Shown: positions 39,701 to 54,700 of the stretch, piece by piece
How the letters are laid out: each line of letters opens with the position of its first letter
Position numbering within the stretch: the stretch's first letter is position 1
Assembly (NCBI GenBank): GCA_037146775.1
Contig: JBAWWL010000001.1
Location: 69,464-133,463, forward strand
Source of the DNA: Candidatus Omnitrophota bacterium
Lineage (GTDB): Bacteria > Omnitrophota > Gorgyraeia > Duberdicusellales > 4484-171
Direction: 5' to 3'
DNA: 64,000 nt
Position numbers and translations under genes: made by a program
Notes under the pieces: model-generated
What the model saw: the letters and a program-made list of their open reading frames with translations, nothing else
Databases searched by the model: none
What the model was told of the DNA's origin: nothing

Positions 39701-42700
39701 ATGAGATCAGGTAAAACTATGCTTGTCTCAGCTCATGGAATTTTAGATCGCATACGGCCTTATTTTCCTAATAATATGGTAGTGGTGATTTCATCCGTAG
39801 ATTTAAATATCACCACGCAAGGGCAATTACAAGATGCAGTAGAAAGGAGGATCCACGCTCGTAGTCGCACCATTTCCCAGGAAGAGGTCTCATCGCGACG
39901 TAAGGAAGCTTTAATATATCTTCCAAAACCATCCGAGTGGGAACAGGTTATTAATCCAGACGGCCGGCTTACGGAGGCGACCAATAGATTTATAAAATTA
40001 GCAGAGCAATTTATTCAACAAAGACGAAAGCAAAAAGCACTAATTCTTGATTTAAATCATACCTTGTATAATCCGGATGCCTTAGGCGTGACCAAAGCAT
40101 ATCGCGAGGCAAGAAGTGAATTTTTATCCCAAGAATTGCAATGTACTCAAGAACAAGCTAAGGAACGATATCGGCAAGAAAAAGCGCAACTTAAAGCAGA
40201 AGGAAGAGGCGCTATCAGTGTGGAAGTTTTACAAAGATTAGGTATCAATCCGGCCAGGTGGGGTGAGGCTGTTATCACAAAACTGGATTTTGGCGGCCGC
40301 TTCGCAGGACAACTTAAGGAAGATGTGCGATTGCAAGCAGTGCTTACCAGTCTTTCTCAAAAGTATTATCTAACCTTAGTGACTACCAGTGTAGCGGAAT
40401 TTACAGAATTGATACTTAGCTCTTTGGGGGCAAGGCATTTCTTTGATTATATAACTACAGGTTCAGATATTCCTATGCTAGCTAAACCTGATCCAGAACT
40501 GTATAGAATGGTTTCTCGTGCGTTAGATGTACCGATGGAAAATTGTTTAGTAGTCGGAGACAGTGTAGACAAAGATATAGAACCGGCGCAAAGAGCAGGG
40601 GCAAAGACATATTGTATAAGCGGTCAGCAGGATATATACCGCATAGACGAATTAGCCGGAAAGTTATTAGGAAAAAGTGGGTGCGCGGTCAGTTCATCTA
40701 TAAAACAGTGTATTAATTGGAACTTGAAAGATTATATCGATTTACCACAGACACGGCAGGCAATGGGGATTCTTCTAGCTGATAAATATGTTTTTTTCAG
40801 TCGTAACCACAAAGCCAAACCGCAGCAATTGTTATTTCAATATCGATGTAGCTCTCCCGGCTCCTTAAGGTCTGATTTGCCGGCTCAAGCGGTAAGGCAA
40901 AGTTTACAAGCCGCTATTTTGATTCGACTAGAGCAACATGATAAAAAACGTGTTTTTGTTATAAGGTTATTCGGGCCTCCGGGTTCAGGCAAGACCGAAG
41001 TGTACACACCTTTTTTAATGCATTGGTTAGGACAAGAAAACCTTAAGATAGCACATGTTACTAGTTTAGGTAGTCTCGAGGCAGAGCTTTTAGAGGTGAT
41101 GGTGCACGATATAGATGTTTTAATAGTTGAAACTAGCGATTATGAATTTAGGATTAAAGATTTAAAAAATGTTGATTTTTCTATAAGACTTTCTAGTAGT
41201 CGGCAAAGCAGAGAAGAACATCTTAGGCTAGATGGAATCGGCGGTGAAAACTTAATAAGACTTTTAGATAAAGGCGACAGAGTCCAGGCGAAAGGCCTCA
41301 ATTGGCAAGATCCAGATATTATTATTGATATCGATAGCGGTGAAATAAGAGGAAGAAGGCGCGTAACTTTATCGTTGGAATATTTAATAGAGGAAATCCT
41401 TAGGGATTTTCCTCTTGCTACTAACGCCGAACTTGCTAGAGAAATCAAACAACAATATGGCTTGGAAGTTGAAAGGGAATGTCCCGATTTTTATGGCCGC
41501 GTAACGGTGCTAAGAAAGGCGGTAGATTTGGATATGGGTATAGTAACCAGGACGTTTGTAGTCCATGCACAGACTGGTCAGCATCACGAGGCGGTGATCG
41601 CGATTGGAACAGACGTAGTTAATCCTCTAACCGGAGAGCTACTGCCAGAATCTGAGTGTAATGGTCGTTTATTAAGACCAGATTTGTATGGCCCATCATA
41701 TGTTTCGGCCAGATTATCGATAGGAAGAGTAAATAACCTATGTGAGGGTAGATTTGTGTATCGTCTACAAGACTGGAATGGTCATCCGAGTATTGAAGTG
41801 CATAGTGTGTTTGTAACATTGCACAACCAGCATGTTTTTGGAGATAAAAGGTTATATAAATTCGTGGGGGCCAGATTGATGCAGACAGCAGCCATCATAA
41901 GCAAAAATAATTCTCAAACCCAAGGAGCCTTTCATCTAAGGTCTTTAAAGCTAAAAGCAGAGGCTCAAGATTTTTATACTGCATTTGCCGATTACGGACT
42001 GAAGAAAACAGATCGTGATTGTGATGTATACTGGTATCTTGATGCTCAGTATACAGATAGATTTATTAAAGGGATTGAAGAATCGATTTTGTCTGGAAAG
42101 TTTGCTAAGCTATGTAGGCCGTCCAGCCAGAATGCCGTCAGTTCGCCGGTTTCTGACGGGATGCAGAACGGAAATCCAAAGCCCGATGATGTTACCAATC
42201 GTGACTGTAGGTATGCTTTCAGTGCGCAGGAGATGTTTGACGCGCCGAATATAAGCAATGAAGCCAAGCCATTTGCTCGGGAGTTTTCTTATCTAAGTAG
42301 AGACATTGAGTCGATTTGTCAATGGTTGTGCGATTGCGGAAGAATCACCGGTCCACCCGAAGGATTTAACGCTCGTACTTTTACCCTCGCTAGCCACGAA
42401 ATAGGTAAGCCTTTGCGTTGGAACAAAAATATTGTTGGCCGCAACAACACAGCTCGGGAATCATCGATACGTTCATCCATTCAAGCCTTGGCCTGTAGTG
42501 GTCGTCTTCATTTTGATGAGTTAACTCTTCTTACACATATAAGAACTAATCAAGTTCAGCCTAATAAAGAAGCTGCTTTTTTTGCCCATATAGAACTTTT
42601 TACGGAAGCAAGGATTTTGGCTGCTATTCCTTCTTATCGCACAAAAGTTTATAACCCGCAAACGCTTGTTATTGGACCGGGGGTATGCAGTCTTGGCTGT

Positions 42701-45700
42701 GAGCACTGCTTACAAGCAGATGTTTTGGGCAGGTATTTACTTGATCATAAGGATGATTTCAAACAAATGCTGGTTGAGGCGGATCGCGCCGGAATCATAC
42801 AATATGTATGGTGTATCGGCGAGCCTTTTGAGAATTTAGACTTTCTCTATGAGATGCTTAAGGTGATAAGTAGTTTAGATAACGCCCAGGAGATAACTTT
42901 TGTCTCAAACTTAAGTTTTGCTAAAACTCCCTCGAGTGCAAATAAGGTTTTAAACAAAGTAAAAGAGATCGTCGGCAGTAAGTGTCATATACGTATAGAT
43001 TTTAGCTGGGATTTAAAACATAAAGAGCGCGGCATCACGACAGAGCATATCTTAAACTTTATTTCGGCGTGCGAACAAACGGAAATGTTTAATGCATCCA
43101 TCTTGCAAAGAATTCGTTTTCCCGATGAGCGCATACTCGAAGAACTTTTTAAAGCCCTTGGCCAGAGGGGGTGGATGCCTCAAGAAGCAATAAGTTTAGG
43201 AAATACCCGAAACTGCTTGGTGAGATTAAATAATGGAATAAGCTTGTTTATCATGAATACCGATGGGTTCTTGCCCGAAGGTAGAGGAAAGCAACTGCGG
43301 AACCATGTTCCTCAGGAGTATGTTGTATCAAATGCCTTCCATCTTGAAATTTTAGCACCTACAGAAAAAGACTCACTCGGTGTAACTTATACACTTATGC
43401 CTAACGGAAAATTAGTTCCGACAAGACAGGAATTATTTGCCGGACCGGACGGTTTCCTTTATCTTAACGACAAGTTTATGAATCGCAGAAGTATGCCTTT
43501 AGGGTATATGACTGATATTAGTGGGGCAATTAGGAAAGTTAACCAACATCCTGTTTTGCGGGCGCTTGTGTCGAAAGGTCTTAGCTATTGCTTTGATGTT
43601 TACGACAGCCTTTTGCCTGATGAACGCAAAATAGATACGGCTAAACTGATAAGTCTTGAGCCGGCAGAGCGTCACATTCTCGCCTCTGGATGTTTCTTTG
43701 AAAATTTTGCGATCCGAGTACCGCTGCTTAAAGGTATTATTCTTGATAATATGTTAATCGGCGGCTTAGATGGCGTATTGGCCGACGAAGAAGTCCAATC
43801 GCTTATTTCTTGTGATAAAGAATTAAATTTTGATATTGAAGGTGCGCCAGTTTTTCTTAGTTTAACGCCGCAGACGTTGCAATGGCGTTTGCGCAGGCTA
43901 CAGGCTGCGCGCAGGATATTTATGCACGATTTAGCGCAGTTGCAGGGCACCCCGGCTGTGCTCGTAGACACTTTGCCTCAGGCTGGCGATTCTTATTTTG
44001 GTTTACTTTGCAGGCATATTAATGACCCGCAAATACAGGAAGAGGCTTGGCGCCAAGTCAAATATATTTCAGACTTAGAAAGCGGTCTGTATGACGCAAA
44101 AAGAAATTTAGAAGCAGATATATTAGATAGCTTAGTGGCCCGTCTTTTAGAGAATCCCGATTCTTTTTTACCTGATAATCAAATAAGCAAGGATAATATT
44201 GTGTCTTCTTCTATCTCGTTGAGTGAATTTTCTCCCGGAAAAATTATCAACCAATTCGCACCTCCGTTCTCGCGCGCTCTGAGTGTCCAGCAAACGAGTG
44301 AATTAGAAAAGCAAACCCGGTTATTAATGGCTGCGCGTATGAGTGAACTCTCAAGCGCACAGAAAGAAAGAGTTATAAACTTGTTTCATGGCTGGCGTGT
44401 TCAATATGAACCGCTTCTAGAAATTGCGAAAGGTCCCGCGCGGGGAAAAATTGCTACCATAGGTGCGCTCCTTGGACAAACGTGCGAGCATGCGCAAGCA
44501 ATTAAAAAAGGAAATGATAGAGAAGAGTTATTTCTAGCTCTTGGGTTAGCGGGGAAGCAGGAGGTAATCGATCTTAGGGATGTTTATGAGGCAGAGATCG
44601 AAAGCGTTGAGGCGGCGATTTATGCTGATTATCATCAGGATGAATTTACTGAGATACACCTGCGTTATTGGATCAATGCTTTAGCAAATGTTTTTAATGA
44701 TGATTTTGCTCGAGAATGCCCTAGGCTTTGGGAAGAAATTCCGTACTATTTAACTGGCGCAGGGCAGACATTGATGGCTTGGACGATTGATACGCTTTAT
44801 CGTAAGAACATTAAAGTTATTTTTCATCTGTGTGCGGCATTAGATATTCTCGAGCGAATGGGTTTTCGGCACGATTTTGCTCCGGAATGTATGGGTTTTC
44901 GTGGAGAGAGAACGCCTTGGAGCTATTCGTCGAAGAATCTCGATGCCGGATTAGTCGTTGCATCTGTCAGAACCGGTACTGTCTTGGAGGAAGCGTCGGC
45001 TGGCCAAGATAAAGCACAACAGTGTTTGACCATGCTTCAGGCGGCGCAGTCGTTAGAAGCTACCCCACAGTTTCGTCCCGCCGATAACGATCGCACCAGC
45101 TCGCCGGCAGACAGAGGTCAGAGGCCAGATGTCAGAAGTCAGAATGATGCTAGTTTATTTCCCGATTTCTATGCGCCACACGCAATGTGCATTGCGCTAG
45201 TGGCTAGCTCGCCGGCATTTTGGGATAAGCATAAGATTTATAAAATATTAAGAGAGAACCAAATGTCTTCTTATGATATGCAAGAAACTTCGCTGCCAGA
45301 AGCTTTTGGATCACTACGAAGAGGTTTTAAGAGGCGTTTCGAACGGGTTAAAGTGCGCAACGCCGTAGTCGAAATGGTAAGAGATTTAGCCGGATATCGT
45401 AGCTCAGATTGCACGGAAGGTATTAAACCTTGCTCGACAGTATGTTTAGGGGTGCCTTGTGCGGTAATTGCTTCTGGTGGTGAGGTAACTTTATTTCAAA
45501 GAATGATTGCTGTTTTGAAACAGTTGGCGATTTCCTTAGATTCTCAAAGAAAAATTAATCCTTATCAGACGCTTTTACGGTTAAAAGATTTTGTGGATAC
45601 TACTCTTACTTTAGATGAGTTTAGCCAGGCGGTAGCTGTGGCTAATGATGCCGCAGCCTGGTTCCATGACCAGCGTGTAAGCTTTGAGTGTACGCTACCT

Positions 45701-48700
45701 GAACAGCGTTGGTATCATACGGGAGTATTAGCAATAGGAGAAAGAAGCGGCCTCAAGCATGCTCAATTACAGGCGATTATAGGAGATTTAAAATATTTTT
45801 GGGCGCTCTATCAGCTTCTCTGTATTGTAGAAGAGAAGTGTTGGGCATCAACGTATTATCATATATCGGAAGAAAAAAGTGATTGTTTAGGATTTACATA
45901 TTCAAAGGCATATAGGAATGATTATAATTATGCAGGAGAAAATTCCGGCAGTGGTTTTCTTAACTTTAAACCATCGCAGGCATGGATTTGTGCGCAGATA
46001 AAAGCAAAAGGTCTATTCTTGCGCAATCTTATTAACACTGTAGCTCCTTTTGTCGATGCGATGCGTACCTGCGAAGTAGGCAAGCGTTTCTTTGCCGCTA
46101 TTGATGAAATGATGGCAAGCGCCGTTTCTACGCGGCCAGAACACTCTGTTGATATCGATGAAACATATTCAGTTCCTAGAGGGGGAGACGCTAGCGATGT
46201 ATATCAAGGGCAAATTGAGGATACTTTCCATTATGTACATGTTTTATTAGTTCCTTTTCTTGACGTTGACCGCGCTCGGCATATCTTAGAGGCGGTTGAC
46301 TATAGCGCCTCTAGCCCAACTGAGGTCGGTATTCTTTTAGAATGTAATTATAATTGGCTAGAGGCCGAAAAGCATATTCTTCTTGAATCTTTTTCTTCAC
46401 CAGAAAAGATTTCTGCCGCAGCCCGCAGTCTTTCTCAGGCTCCTCAGGAGGCAGCCTGGGGCAAAAATTTTACCCCGCGAATTTATTATGAGCTGGCATA
46501 TTGGGCTGGCCATCCGAATGAACACAGGCCAGAGTATTTTAATTTACTCAAAATTATCGAAGCTTCAGTACGTAACCGTTTACACATTATGTCCGGATCT
46601 AAAGAAGAAAGGTTTTTCCAGGAAATTTATTACCTGCCAACAGCGGAAACACTAACGGGAGAGGTTTTGTTTAGTCTTCCTGAGCAAGAAGCTCCATATC
46701 AAGAAGATTGGGAAAGAGATCTTCTCAGAAAAACATGGCTATTTTGCAATATCTGTATGGGCCAAGCCCAGGGTTTTTCTGGGCGGATATTCGCTGATAG
46801 CCGCAACCGAGGAGGAATGGATGACTGCTCCAATTTTCTTGTGCCTTTTGGTTTATGGGTGAGTCGCATTAACTTGGAACTTAGCTGTCAAGGCTACAAC
46901 CGGCGTGCGTTTTTTACCCATCTTGGCGGCGCCTATGGTATGGTTGCCCAAGGAGGATCATCTAGACAAGTTTTTTCTGCCGAAGAGATAATTCAGGATG
47001 TGGTCAATGAGTATAAAATTGCCTTAGCATTTAAACTCGAAGAAGATTTAAGCGTGGGAAGCGCTTGGCAGAGAGCCATAAATAGTTTTAATCTGACCGA
47101 CACCGAAGCTTGGCGTAGAAGATTGGTAAAATTAGAATTAGAAGTTTTATCCCGGCAAGGATTTATCTTAGCCACAGAAGTCAGCAAGCGTTTAGGTTTT
47201 TCACCTACAAGCGCAGTCAGGGATTCTGTCAGTTCGCCGGTTACTCATAGAAAAACCAAAGAAGCAGAAAAACAAGAAAGAAAACCTTGGTTGCGGCAGG
47301 TTGTTTTTGGCCAGCTTACCTTTCCGTGGCTGGTGGGGGCTGGCCAGCCTGCCGTAGCCGTCACACATAGCAACAAAATGTTTTCAGCGACGATAAAATC
47401 GTATCTTTTTAGCAGTCTGGCTAATAAATCCCCTCCGGTTGCAGACTCTCCGTTAGTTAGTTCTTCGCAAACATCTAACTCAACACCCAATACTTATGAC
47501 TCGCGATTAAGTAAAAGTAGCTCACCGCAAGCCGATATCCTTTCAGACCCAAGCCCATCTTTATTACGCACACTTGGTATTTTAGAAGATGAATATATTT
47601 TTGGATACTACAGGGAAATTGCAGCTCAAAAAGTTTTAGAAAAGCTTATTCCTTACATTAGTCGCATGGGTCAACCAGGATCAAAGTGTTCGGAAGTTAA
47701 TGCTTGTGATGCAATGTGGGTTAATTATCTTGTCTATGCATATCTTTACTGTATTGGAATGCTCAACGGTATTGTAATCGTTCCAGCTTCGGGGTGCGGC
47801 ATTTTTCCGGCTCTATTCTCTGATACCATAGCCATTGATTTCGCATCAAAAAAATTACGTCAGAGCGATGATATAACTACGGTAGTACGATTTATGCATG
47901 ATAATTGCAATCAAAATCGTCGTGTGTTCATGAGGCGGTTATCTTGGGCAGCCAATGCATGGGATTCAAGGCTTGAACCTGACGCTAGGAATATTAAGCA
48001 TATAGATTTAGGCTTAGATACTACCAGCCAGTTACACAATAAAATTTTAATTATAAAAGGCGCATGGCGTTGGGCAGTAAGTAAGCTTGATCGGGGCCTG
48101 CAAAAAAAATGGACAGAAGACGTTCTTACCTGCTGGCATATTCAAGGAGGTAGAGTTATTTTTCTTTCTTCCAAGGACGGTGATGATGGTATACGTTTCT
48201 TCGAAGAACTTGGCTATGTGAATGTAAACCCGGTAGCGCACGATCTTTCCCTTGTCCTTTCTAGAATTAAACAACCGTATTTTTGTTGGAGTGGTTGCAC
48301 TATGCTTCTTGTCCCTGACAGAGTCGTTATCCTCGAAAAGCCTTTTATAGTTCCAACTTTAAATACTCCAGATGCAAGATTAAGGCTGGCTTCTTCGCCT
48401 TTGCACGATAGCCAATTTGATGAGCAAAACGGCGGAGAGCGCGAGCTTTCGCTTGACGGTCAGCCTGTGTGGGCGCAGTTTAAGAAAATTCGAGACCAGG
48501 TTTGGGCGATATTTAGAGAGAAGAAAGACGAGATTGTCAGAAGCTCTCATCCGGACTGGGCAAGTGTCATGGGTTTTGTCGGCGGCAAACTTGGGCTTAT
48601 GGCAAATGTTTTGTGGGCTGATCATCGTACTCAATTAGTAATGGCAAAGCATCTTACTCAGTACATGTGTCAATTGTCGCGTACTAGACACAGTCAAATG

Positions 48701-51700
48701 ACTGCCGAAGAAAGAGCGGAACTCGAAGAAGTAGGAATTACAGAACCTGGAGTATATGTGGTACATCCTTCTCCTTTAGTAGACTTAAAAGAAAAGCCCA
48801 ATGGTAGAAAGGCGCTAATTTGTTTTATTTTACATGAGTATTTACAGCTTTTATGTGAAGAGCAAGGTTTAATTGATGCGGAATTCGCTTATTGGTTTGG
48901 TCATAGCGGTATTGAAATTATTGAGGAAGAACTGCGTTTTGCTCATGAGTTAGGTTGCCTTGAGCTGGTCATCGCTGAGCGCAGGCGTTCTTTAGAGTGG
49001 TTTAAGAAAATACGTAAAGGAATACCTGAAAGATTAGTAAAAAGATTTGAAGCGCTTTTACAAAGAGCTGGAAGCGGAGAACTATTTAAAGCCGCTCCCG
49101 GCCAAGGGCTTTATCTTGATATTGCAGGCCAGGGCTTAGAAGATTTTTATAGGGATTTTTCGCTTGATAATCTAAATTTCGTTACCAGCAACAGTTCGGA
49201 GGTTTCTTTGCATCCCCAAAGGCCTTACGCCTTTGGATTAAGAAAATGCACTGCCTGCGCTTTTACGGCTAGTGATGGTGGCATAGCGGTCGCGCACTAT
49301 AAACCGGATGCATTAATGCACCAGGCAAGAAATACAGAAACAAGGTTTGCCCCTTCTTTAGCAAAAGTGCGTTTCTTGGAAGAAGTATTTAGCGGGATAT
49401 TAGATTATCAGCTGCAAGGACCAGCATTGTCATGGATGAGAGGGCTGGTTATATCTCCTAAGACACCGCAAGTCTTAGAGACACATTTACGTTCATTTTA
49501 CGGAAACGAGTTTGTAAATCAGCTTGGTGATTATTGTATTACACCGGAAGATACAACCAATTTTGTTGCCTCTCACTTAAAAGGCGTAGCGAGTTTGACG
49601 CGTCAAAAAAACTATTGCGTTGCTCCGAGAGCGCATCTTAATGTTTTTGTTATGCCGGATAGACATGTTGTCGTAGATACCGCACACGAGCATGCCTTAA
49701 TTGCAAGAGACAGTTATGATTTTAATATAGACGAGTTTGATCAACCAACAACAATTAGTTCTTCACCGTTGGCTCAGCCGCTATACCAGTTTACCCCAAG
49801 GCACCTTGCTTTAATACTTGATATAGCCAAAGATCTAAGGGAGAGAACAGGGGAGCAAATAAGAAAGGCCGAAGCCATTCTTAGAAGTAACTTTTTAACC
49901 GACGACGTAGGTGGCCAGTTAGGTCAACTTCAAGGGCTGATCTCGGATATTAACGCTGTGATTGATAGGGTCTGCGAAGAAATAAAAAAATATTTAGTAG
50001 CTATTTGTCGAGAAAGAGATTCTACCGGAAAATACCTTATTTTCTCCGCTGGTTTGCATGTCAGAGGAGATGAAGACGAGGTCGTGAGAGATGTTCTTTA
50101 TTTAAGTTTGAGGCATTATTTACAAGGGCGTTTTTTTATATCTACGATCATTTCGTTGGCGCTAGAGCAGAATGCATTAAGCGAAGAAAGAATTATAAGG
50201 TTACAAGAACACTTTTATTCTATACGGGATGCGATAGAAGGTTTAGCTTCCTTAAGTGATATTGTTATAGAGGATGGTAACTCTTCTCGGCTTTTGGTGC
50301 TTTCTCAGAAAACTAGTTCGTCTAGTGTGGATAATTTTTCCACGCAGCTAAGACTGTTGCAATCTTTCGACGATAAAGAGCTGCGGCGATGGACTATCCA
50401 GCAAATACGCGATGCGTCAGTACAAACAATAGAATTTTCTATGGAAATTCACGAAAAGTTTAGACGGTTTTGCACCGCTGAACTGGCTGAAGAAGCGATG
50501 AGTATTTGGCGTCAAAGAGGCCGCGCATTATTGGAGCTACCGTTTCCAAACAGCAACCCTATGGGTGAAGGGCCTTATTGGAAGTCACCCATAAACCAAA
50601 TTGCGAGCTTTCTTGGTGGTTTGGGGGTAAATGAACAAGATTGTCTATTAGAGGTTGGCGGAGCAGATTCCCTGCTTTCACTTTTTATGGCACACGCATT
50701 TAATCTGCATGCTACTAGCGTAGAGGTAGTGCGCGCCTGGTGTGAATATGCCGAAATATACCGTAGTATTCTTATTGCTAAAGGTTCGGTAAGAGATGGT
50801 CAGGTAGAGTTAATAAATGATAACTTTATCAATGTAGATTTTTCTAAATATTCCATGGTTTATTATATTGGTTTAGGTGCATGGAGAAAGTATGAGTTAT
50901 TAATAAAAATGTTAACAGTAAGGCCTGGCTGTCGAGTGTTAATGTATGGTGATATTGAAGAAAAAATAGAAAGTCGGCTGCTCATCTATCCTTACTTTTC
51001 TATGCAAAAATTTGTTTTAAGTCGAAACGGTGAGCCTACCGGCTTAGGCGTTCCTCTGCGGGTGTATACCATGCAAGATGCTTCCTCGCCGCTTAGCGAC
51101 GCAGAAGATAGCGGTAGCGCTGATTTAATGCGCGATCTGCCTTTAACCTTAGCGCAGTGGTGGGAGATTATTGACAAAGAACGCCAGACAGGCAGACTTT
51201 TTGCCGGAATGGATTTAGATAATTTAGTCAGTGCTTTTGAGGAAAGTCTCAAAACACGTCCCAACCGTGGTGTCTACGCTATGGTTACAGCTATACATAC
51301 GCGTTTTGCCCGTATTGATAAGGCTTCAGAAATATTAAAGCAAGGGCTAGCCTTTGAACCAGAAAGCCAAATGCTCGTTGCTCTTGACCGGGAAGTATAT
51401 GGAATTGCAAGAATGATGCGCGATAGATTAAGTCCAAGGACTGATGAGGATAAATTTTTACACCGGGTGGTTGTCCCTGATGGAGAGGGCGACTGTTTTG
51501 CGGATACTTTGGGTTTTGACGGCCGCTGGCAGGTTTATGATTTTTCAAAAAGCCATGCATACATTGATACTCCCGCAGTGCTACAAGTGCTAAAAGCTTT
51601 GCAATGGAATATTCAAAATTACAAATATGTGGATGTAGTTATGCCGGATTTTTCACCCGAAAGAGTAGAATTAGCATATCTTGATTTTGGGCAAGTTTAT

Positions 51701-54700
51701 ATTGCCGAGGAGAGTATGTTACCCGGCGCTATTATAGATGAAAAAGATATTTTCTTTTTTGTTCAACCCGAGGAAAAGGCTTCGCGCAGCAAGGTAGTTG
51801 TTTGTATGACCCCTGCGTTCTTAGTCATTGAAAGAAGAGAGCAGATGCGTAGAATCAATAATGTTTTCGCCGGCGGCACCTCTTGTTTTGTGGCATTAGA
51901 AGAAAAGTATGAAATGAGATTTTCTGATGACGCAGAAGTCTCCAGAGAAACTCCCAGAGTGCTTTGCGTTTCTTTAAGTGAAGCTACTGCTCACGGCATA
52001 GATGTTTTAGAGGACTCGTTACTACGTGCTGGGATAAAAGCAGCAGCCAGAGAGATGCGCTGTCTTGATTTGCTCGATAACTATATGGATGAATTCGCAC
52101 ATTTAGAAGAATTAGACGGAATAAGCCCTAATGTATTTTGTATTTCCGTAGTTAATATGCGTACAGAATGGGCGGCACTAACCATTAGAAAAATTAGAGA
52201 ATTTTTTCCCGAAGCACTAGTTATTATAGGCGGTCCGTCTGCCCAGTATCCGGAACAACTTGCGGCATTAGTGGTTGATTTTGATTTCTTGGTGCGAGGA
52301 GATGGAAATGAAATACTTCCGGAGTTATTACGGCTTGTGGGGGGATACTCAAGACAAAGAATATTACCTCAGGCCGTACGGGAAAGGATTATGCAGCTTG
52401 CCGGAGGAATTATCTATCGCTCGCCTTTTATGCTGGTAAACCAGCTTTCACATACTAACCGTGCAACAGTCGTGCATTTACCAAAGCCTCGGCGCCGTAA
52501 TAAATACCATTATTTATATTTACGTTATGGTTGTCCGCATAATTGTTCTTTTTGTAATGACCCCATGGGCCATAAGATGCGTTTTGCCAGTATAAGAGAA
52601 ACAGTGGAGTGGTTTTTATACCGCTTATGTCTTGAGCCCGGAGTTGGCCAGGATATATTTGCTTTGGAGGAACGTCTCGAGGCTTCTGCTTGCGCGAATC
52701 AACCGCTTCAGTTTACTCAATTAGGCGGAAAAATAAGAATTGATTTTTATGATGATGATTTTGCCGCTGACGCCGCCTACGTAGAGGCATTTTGCGATGA
52801 AGCCATTAGGTTGGGTTTAGGGAATTATTTTGAATTCGCTATTGTCGGCACCAATGTGATTGATTTTTTTGAGCGCGGAAATCTACGTACCCGTCTTATC
52901 GATAAAATGTGGGATGCTGGTTTTCGCATGGTGCAATTAGGGACTGATGGCCTTTCTAATGCTGCCATCCGGCATAATCGCAAAGGTTACACCCTTGATC
53001 ATCACGTTATCCCCCTTAACGCATATCTACGCGAAAAGGGTTTTGTGGTTTGGCATAATCTGATTATCTTTCCTAATTACCTTACTTATGAAGAGGCAGT
53101 GGAATGTCTGATGCTTTATGTTTTATTGCCATTGGTTTTCCCACCAGAATTTAATATCGGTATCCAGGCAGCGCTCGGAACTCATTCCAATAATTTAGAC
53201 CTGATGCTTAACCGCCATAAGTATGATTGGGGAGAATTGGGTGCTCGAGTGGATTGTGCGATTAAAGTGTGCGGCGATTACAAGGTTCCCGTAGGTTTTC
53301 CCCATTACGCTTTGCCGGTTTCGCAAGAGTTGGCTTATACCGAAAGCGAAGTGGCAAGATTGGCAAAATTGCTTGATAAAAAAAGCATGCCGCAGATATT
53401 AGCAGAAGATGTTTCTGAAGCAACAGTAACGCGAGTTATAGGAAAATGGCACGATCTTGATCGAGCGCAATATCCCCAGATGTATGCTTTATCTGAGGCG
53501 ATTATTGATCTTGGCTGTAGCGGTATATCGTTTGAAGAAACGTTAATGCGGATTAAAAGTGAAATGATTTGTTCTGGGATCCATACTTTTACCGATTATC
53601 TTAGGCATTTACGCGGTGAAACTGAGGAATTTGCCCGAGTTGGCAGGAGTTTTGTATTGCGTTTTGAAAATGTTCGGCAATCTTTACTACAAGGTTGCAC
53701 TGAAGGTATGGAGCAGGAATTGGCAGAGATTATAGCCCAGCGGCCGGATGTTACTGATAGCTATTATTTTATGCTTGAATTATTAATCAAAGAGGGCAGG
53801 TTTCTTGAGGCTATGATGTATTTACATCGCCTGCGTCTGCAGAAATATTTTGCTCCTATGTACATGAAACATATGAATAACGCACTTAGCTATGTAAGAC
53901 TTAATCCGGCAAGATTTGATCACCCCTTATTATTCGAAGATTTACGTTTTCAGAGCCATGCCTTATTTCAGTGGATGATGTTGTTTGCCGGTATTGTTGA
54001 AGGGCTCGGTAATAAGAACGTGTGGCATCTGAAATTTCACTATGAAAAAACAGCCAGCCTTAATAAATTATACGATATTCTTCCTACTTTTAGCGTAGAA
54101 GACAGTAAAAAACTTTTTGATGATTTTGGCGGCGGTATCACACAGTCTTTACGCGATGGCAAAACCGTTTGGATGTTCGGCATACCTTTTAGTTTTGACG
54201 GGGGAACTCTAGGTGTGAACATCAATGATGCCAGGATTGATTTTGACAGAGCCCAGCCTTTTGAAATTGCATCTAGTTCAATCGCCGATTCATACCCGCC
54301 AATGCAAGGTTTTAGAGAAATCCACAGAAGACGCACACCTATCTCAGGCAAGGAATATGATAGTCAGCTGTATTTTGATAGTGAAAAAAGAGCAGTCTTG
54401 TGGAAGGTGGATAATGCAGTGTTTGTGAGGAAATCTTACCAATCTCATCCAAAAGTAAATTTTTATCTTGCCGAGCTAAATACCCCGGTATCTGTGGTTA
54501 TGGAACGTATATTTATACGTGATCAGGTCAACGGCGATGAAACGCTTATTAATATGTGGGAGCCGCTATTTGGACACTATCTTTTTACTCCGCCCGAAAC
54601 CACCGAAGGCGCTATTTTTGCCATACAGGATTTAAGAGAAATAATTAAGGATAGAGTTTTTATCGATTTTGGAGCTGAGGCAGGAATCTTAAGTTTTTTA

